A stretch of DNA of 64,000 bases from assembly GCF_009914755.1 (NCBI RefSeq), contig NC_060931.1. The stretch is one strand, 5' to 3'. This DNA is from the human T2T-CHM13v2.0 reference genome, Homo sapiens. Positions 58,308-64,000 of the stretch are shown piece by piece. The position numbers and the translations under genes are program-made. Position 1 is the first letter of the stretch, and the number at the start of each line of letters is the position of its first letter. The notes under the pieces were generated by a model that was given only the letters and a program-made list of their open reading frames with translations, searched no databases and was not told where the DNA came from.

Positions 58308-59095
58308 GGCCTCTTCCCCAGTTTTCTCTAGTTCGTTAAATGGCAGCACCATTTTCAAGGTATTCAGGCCCCAACTCTTAGTCATGCTTTACTCCTCCAG
58401 GTCCTGCATATCCATATTCAGTCATCAGAGTAAGTCTGCTTATCCCTACCTTCTAAATGTCTGCTGAATATGGAAACTTCTCTCCACCTTCAATGTCTTC
58501 TCCTTACATCCAAGACCTCAACATATTTCATTTAAAGGACTGAAATAGCCTTCCAACTAATCTCCCACCATCCTGGGCCCTATGCTTAAGTCACACCACA
58601 TCCCTGCTCAAACATCTAATGGCTTCCATCTCATTCAGAGTAAAATCCCAATTATTTTCCACAGCCTACAAAGGCACATATGATCTCACACTTCTCTCTC
58701 TGACCCCTCCTAATCTCCCTCTTGATTAATCACTTCCAGACACATATTGCAAGCTTATTCTCACTGCAGGGCCATTGTTCCATTTGTTCCCTCTGCCTGA
58801 AAGGATATTCACCCAAATAATGGGTGCAATCACATAGCTTGCTCTGTCATTGTATTTAAATTTATTCTAAAAGATCTCTTCAGAAAAGCCTTCGGTGAAC
58901 ACCTTCCATAAATCTTGGTTATGGTTTTTTTTAGCATTTAACATGATGTAATATAACACTACATGTTTATTTGCTTATTTCCCTACCCCTTAACTAGTAG
59001 ATTCCATGAAGACTTGTATGACACTATCCTTCTTACTATTCAGAACAGTGCCCACCGTATATTAGCTCTTCAAGAAAGTATTTGTTGAACAAACT
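58308..59095 (+). mobile_element. L2a fragment
   Basis: taaatggcagcaccatt...cttctctccac...cattcagagtaaaatcc...cagaacagtgcc...tatttgttgaa. Confidence 0.8.
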
Positions 59096-61634
59096 CATTT
59101 CCAAAAACGAGAGAGCACATCATTTTCAAACACACGTGCAATATTTATGAAAATTGGCCTGATGCTGAGGCACAAAAGAAGTCTAACCAAACCACAATAA
59201 TAGATCTCATACCCATCATGAAGATGCAATGTAGATGCCCACCTACAACTCTAAATGACAAAAGCCACAAAATTTATTTCTTAAAACAAATGTCTTCTCT
59301 CTATCCAAGTAGAATCTATTACAATTTTACTGCCCCACAAAAAAATGTCTAAAGGGCTCAGTATGACACTCTTTCAGGAAAGAATTATTCACTATTATTT
59401 GCCAAGCTCCTGTTCCAGAACTGGAGATCATGTTTAAAAAGCAGTGTGGGTGGTGGGGAGGGGGCGAAATTTGTCTAAATTGACTGAAATTGAGTAAGAA
59501 ATATATATCTCATCTATGTATATATGTATATATATCTCATCTATGTATGTGTGTATGTGTATTGATTATCTATCTAATATAACATCAAATTTAATTTTGT
59601 AAAGTTTCTGAAGTCAGATTGAGTGAAGTTAGTGGCCCTTAAGCTGGAACTTAATTGATGGATAACATGTAACAGACATAGAGAATGTCTATGGAATGGA
59701 GAAGGGGAAGAAACAGTTTCCAAACTGAAATATTGGTACGTGCAAACCTATGGAATAAGAAAATTTTACATTTTTAGAAAAACAGCAAGCCATTCGACTT
59801 GGTGCAAATATAGACTGTACATGGTAAAATTATACCAAAGGCACATTGTGAGAGCTTTAGAAGCCAGGCTAATAAATTATAGACTTTAATAGGCAGATCA
59901 TGAGGAACACCAGAAGGCTTTAAGGAGAAAGTGATGCAATTATGAATTATACTTCAGAAGATTTTATTTGGTTGGAGATATTACTGCGTTGAGAACACGG
60001 CCTGTAGAGTTTGAGGAACACAAATGGGCAAGTCTCTCGTTAGACTCTCTCACTGAGCACTGTAGTGCTTGGATGGATTACTCTATCTCAACTTAACTTT
60101 ATTTATGAGGGTTAGAGTTGACCACTATAGAGGTGGGCAAAGGTAAGGCTGCATAGATGTTATGGGCAGAGGCGTTGGTCACCAAAGTATTCTCTAATCC
60201 CCAGAAGAAAAAAAATGTTTCTTATAAAGCTTTTTTGTCTAAAGCACATTGCGAGACTCTGATAAAGATCCGTGCCATGCATTCCTTTCCCTACCTACGT
60301 GGCAAAGAGAAAAAGTGCAAAGTCTCTTGTGATTTTATTAATTTCCCACCCATTAAAAAAGCTAGAGTGTAGGGAATCTTAGTTTGAATAAATAGCTCCT
60401 GGCTTCCATCATTGAGAATAAAGTAATCTCTGTTTTCACCCTTGAATGAGAGGTCACTAAGTGAGATGAATAATGTTCTTCAGTTACTGAATGATGCAGG
60501 ATATGCTGAGTAATGTATTTATGTGCAATTTGCACAACTCTTTAATTAGTTTTAAATATCAAGCTTATTCTAGCTGACATCTAAGCTTTAATATTATCTT
60601 ATTCAAGCCAAGTATGTGGTTTTGAATTTGCTTTGCAAATGGTATGTTCTTCAGGGTTGCTTATTTAGCAATATTCTGATCTCAGTTGCTACATGATCTG
60701 TCTTAAGAATTCTAAGCAGATAATTCTATTTAGCCACAGGGATAAATACAGATTTCTAAAGAAATCTGTCAAGAAAATGATTGCAGAACATTGTATTTAT
60801 CTGGCTTTTAAAAATTTCTAAATACCATTTCTGGGTTATGATGGTAGATTACATAAATATGCATAATTTAGCTTTCTTCATAAATGTAAGCTATTGCAAA
60901 AAGATTTCATAAAAAAGCAAAAACTCACACGGATGAGATAAACAGCAGATGGACCCATGGTGACCATGGCCACGGTATATGTCAGAGGCTGGGATGGAAG
61001 CCAGTGGGAGACAAAATCAGCTCTTTGCTTTGCCCTCATCAAGTAAGACATGCGTCCCCCTGTGGAGAACCCTTTTTCCTAATTCACACAGGGATAACTA
61101 GCTTAGCATACCCAAGAAGGCCAAAGTTAAAGTTGGCAGTAGCATAAACAAAAAACTGACAATTTATATTTTAAGAAGTACAGCGAGAGCAGCAGGAAGG
61201 GTGAGAGATGGTAAAGACTCCAAGGATAGAGTGAACACTGGGAAGCTGGATCCCTCTCCCATGCCACATCTCCAAGAAATCCCCCGCCCCCACCATCCCC
61301 AGCACAAGTCTGCAGGTTTAGTCTCTGGCCCAGACAGAAAATGTCTTTGTACTGTGGCTCCAGGAAGATTTTGGAGAATACATTACTGAAATTGGGAGAT
61401 TAAGTCACCATTAACATTTGAAACACTGAATATGAAGCCACTCCCAGCCCTTCTCTTTCAGTTGGCTGCCAGAATTCTGGAACTCACAACCCTAAGCAAT
61501 CTCACTGTTTCAAGATGTTTATCTTAAGGGTTCCTCAAAAATAGCCCAAACAAACCAAAAGAGAATTTTAAATTATACAGAAATTGCAATCAACTTTTTG
61601 TCCCCCACTCTTATCCTTGAGCAGAATACCATTT

Positions 61635-62215
61635 TTAACTGTATTAAATTGACATAAAATCATATGTATTTATTGTGTACAATATGATCTTTGAAGTTTA
61701 GTCATGAGTCATTTAAGGACAGAGAAATTCATGGTTAGGTGATTTTGTCATTGAATAATCATAGTATGTACTTACACAAACCAAGGTGGTAGAGCCAGGC
61801 TATGTGGTAGAGTCTATTGCTCCTAGGCTACAAAGCTGTACAGCATGTTATTGTACTGAATGTTATAGGCAACTGTAACACAATAGTAATTATTTGTGTA
61901 TCTAAACATATTTAAACATAGACGAGTACTGTAGAACTATTACATTGTAATCTTATGGAAAAAACATTATGCATATAGTCCATTGTTGACTGAAGTGTTA
62001 TGTGGCACACAACTGTATATATATGCATTGTGGAATGGTTCAATCCAGCTAATAAAGAAATTTGTTACTTCATATGGTTATTTTTAGTTATATAGTTTTT
62101 TTTTGTCAAGAACACTTAATATCCACCCTCAGCATTTTTCAAGAATACAGTACAACACCATTAACTATATTCAACATGCTATTCAATAGATCTCTTGAAC
62201 TTATCCCTTCTATTT
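61635..62215 (-). mobile_element. L1MA 3' end split by Tigger3
   Basis: gtatttattgtgtacaatatgat...|...cattgtggaatgg...aagaacacttaatatccaccctcagcatttttcaagaatac. Confidence 0.8.
61699..62015. mobile_element. Tigger3a (MER7-type TcMar-Tigger)
   Basis: agtcatg...ctattgctcctaggctacaaa...gtactgaat...ggcacacaactg. Confidence 0.85.
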
Positions 62216-63097
62216 GAAAGAAATGCCTTTGATGTGGAAATACAGTGCTATGGCAATCAAAAAGGGTCAAAAACACATTGGAAGAAACAGACTATGGAGG
62301 ACAGTAAAGATTCATATCATTTCTATATGCAGAGATCTGAGAAGACATTGCTTAAATTGCTTCAGGTTAAACAAAATAGACAAATTAGAATTCTGGGGAA
62401 TTAAAAAAATATGTCAGTAGAAACAAAAAGTAAATAGGAGATGGATAGCTGGAAAATGAAACTGAAGAAATCTTCCCAGAAAGTACAGCAAAAAGACAAA
62501 TAAATGGTGAATAAGAAAAGAAATAAGAAAAACTGTTTTACATGCAGAATAAATTGTTATACGGGCACCACACCCACTTACAGGAACAACATCACCCACA
62601 TTGGAAACTATCATCTAATCACATGCATGAGGCTCCTTCTTCCATGACCAGATTATCACCTCCCAGAGAGCATGGATCCCATCTCTCTGATTCACTGCTC
62701 TGTCCCCACATATTAGCTTGTAGCTGTTGGTACACAGTGAACACTTTCTAAAATTTTACTGAAAATTATTGAGTAAATTACATAAACATTTATCTAGTAA
62801 AAGAGTATATTTTCCTTTGATTTATGCAGAAATGGTAGGTGACTCAACATCAGCAGCTGCAGTTAATTAAATAATTAGCGCTTTCCTTATTTAATGTCTC
62901 CGGTGAGATCATGGCAATGTAGTAGCAAAAATAAACACCAACCAACTTCGCAGAATTTTATTCCACTACTTGTACAGCTGTCAAATTGCTCTGTGATGAA
63001 TGCATTCAGGATTGAACACCATGGAAATGCCACACTGACCAGTCTCTGATGTGAGAGTGGTCATGTCATGAATGAGGCCTAGAAGCTCCTTTGATTA

Positions 63098-63239
63098 CAC
63101 TAAGTCCACACTTAATAAAGTCGATAGGTTATTGGAAACTATGACTTTAAGTTAAACAACAGATAAAGAAACATTTTTTTCTCATCAACGTTATAGTGAA
63201 ATGATGTTGAGGGAAACAACATTATTCAAGGACTTGCTG
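63098..63239 (-). mobile_element. MER82-like Tigger relic with both ends and a deleted middle
   Basis: cactaagtccacacttaa...gtcgataggttattggaaact...ctcatcaacgttata...ttattcaaggacttgctg. Confidence 0.7.
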
Positions 63240-63258
63240 CTAGTGGGAGGAATGGTGG

Positions 63259-63870
63259 ACTGTATCAGACATCTTTTGTTCCTCACATCAAAATCCTTCA
63301 ACTCAGTGTTTTGTTCCAGCAATCTCTAGTCACATGCAAGCAAGTGTAACTTCATGCTGTCTCTCCTCAGCTGTGCTAGAAGTTGCTCACTTTCTGCCCC
63401 AGAGTTTCTCTGCCACCAGCATGTCAGATGTGTGCAAGAACTTGTTCTGCCATTCTGACGCAGACACCAATCAGAGACTGCAAGTAAATTTATACTCTGT
63501 GAAGCAACTTGACTGACTGTGAATGAGAGTTAGTGAATATTCAAATGAATAGCCTATTCAATGAATAGAGCTATTCAAATGAATAGTACTTTATCCCTTT
63601 GGCAGACAATTTGGATGTGTCTTATACACAGGTCCTTAGAAGGTCTGCAGTGTGATCAGTTCACAGTTGTCCACAGTGGTGACCAGCTCAATATCATGCT
63701 CTTGGGTTGGCTTTCCCACTTTCCCTGTTGAACTCTTTTCATTCATCCCCTCCAGTTCTTGGGAATCTCTTAGCAAAAGTAACTACATACAAACCCTTCT
63801 CTCCAGCTATGCTTTTGGTTGGTTGGGGTGGGGGCGGAGCTGGGCGGCGCTGGGCGGGGCAGGAATAAGT
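63259..63870 (+). mobile_element. LTR41-like ERVL LTR
   Basis: ccacagtggtgaccagctcaat...ttggctttccc..ttccctgtt...aactac. Confidence 0.7.
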
Positions 63871-64000
63871 TATTAGGACCCCCTGACATGTAAAACAACC
63901 TTCCATAAACCTAAATCTTTCCAGATAATTCTAGTTTTTTCAAAGGAAAAATATGCCCTTTGTAAATAAATTCAAAATAAAGAGAGAGTCTACTACCTGA

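Noticed and set aside
58273-59100. 3' transduction explaining the missing TSD of the 6.2-kb L1
   Set aside because: No downstream second poly(A) followed by aaaaatcttaa was found; the flank passes into an L2
63534-63586. CRISPR-like palindromic repeats
   Set aside because: Spacers are 1-2 nt, the context is eukaryotic and there are no cas genes

Overview
AT-rich, repeat-dense primate genomic DNA, almost certainly human because it carries an AluYb8. I find no protein-coding host exon, RNA gene, CpG island or CRISPR array, so the window reads as intergenic or deep intronic. Nearly all ORFs in the supplied track are decayed L1, Alu or LTR sequence, or chance ORFs. Contents: a 6.2-kb full-length-sized L1 (52084-58272), a twin-primed 5'-inverted L1PA7-like element, a 4-kb L1PB, ten Alus, several solo LTRs (MSTA, MLT1, MER41A, MER4E, LTR8, LTR27/28, LTR16C, LTR41), a deleted ERVL-type internal segment, DNA-transposon relics (MADE1, MER20, MER91, MER5, MER102, Tigger3, MER82) and old L1M, L2 and MIR fragments. 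I do not see a new biological system. The best leads are structural. (1) The 6.2-kb L1 looks chimeric, with an older 5' body, a younger 3' end and no target-site duplication (TSD), which suggests an L1-L1 recombination or deletion junction. (2) The L1PB carries an apparent ancient 3' transduction inside an exact 15-bp TSD. (3) A possibly polymorphic AluYb8. (4) A tail-less L1 fragment. (5) An unidentified 410-bp insert. (6) Two motif-cluster enhancer candidates. Subfamily names come from recalled consensus features and need RepeatMasker/Dfam confirmation. Boundaries of old repeats are approximate.
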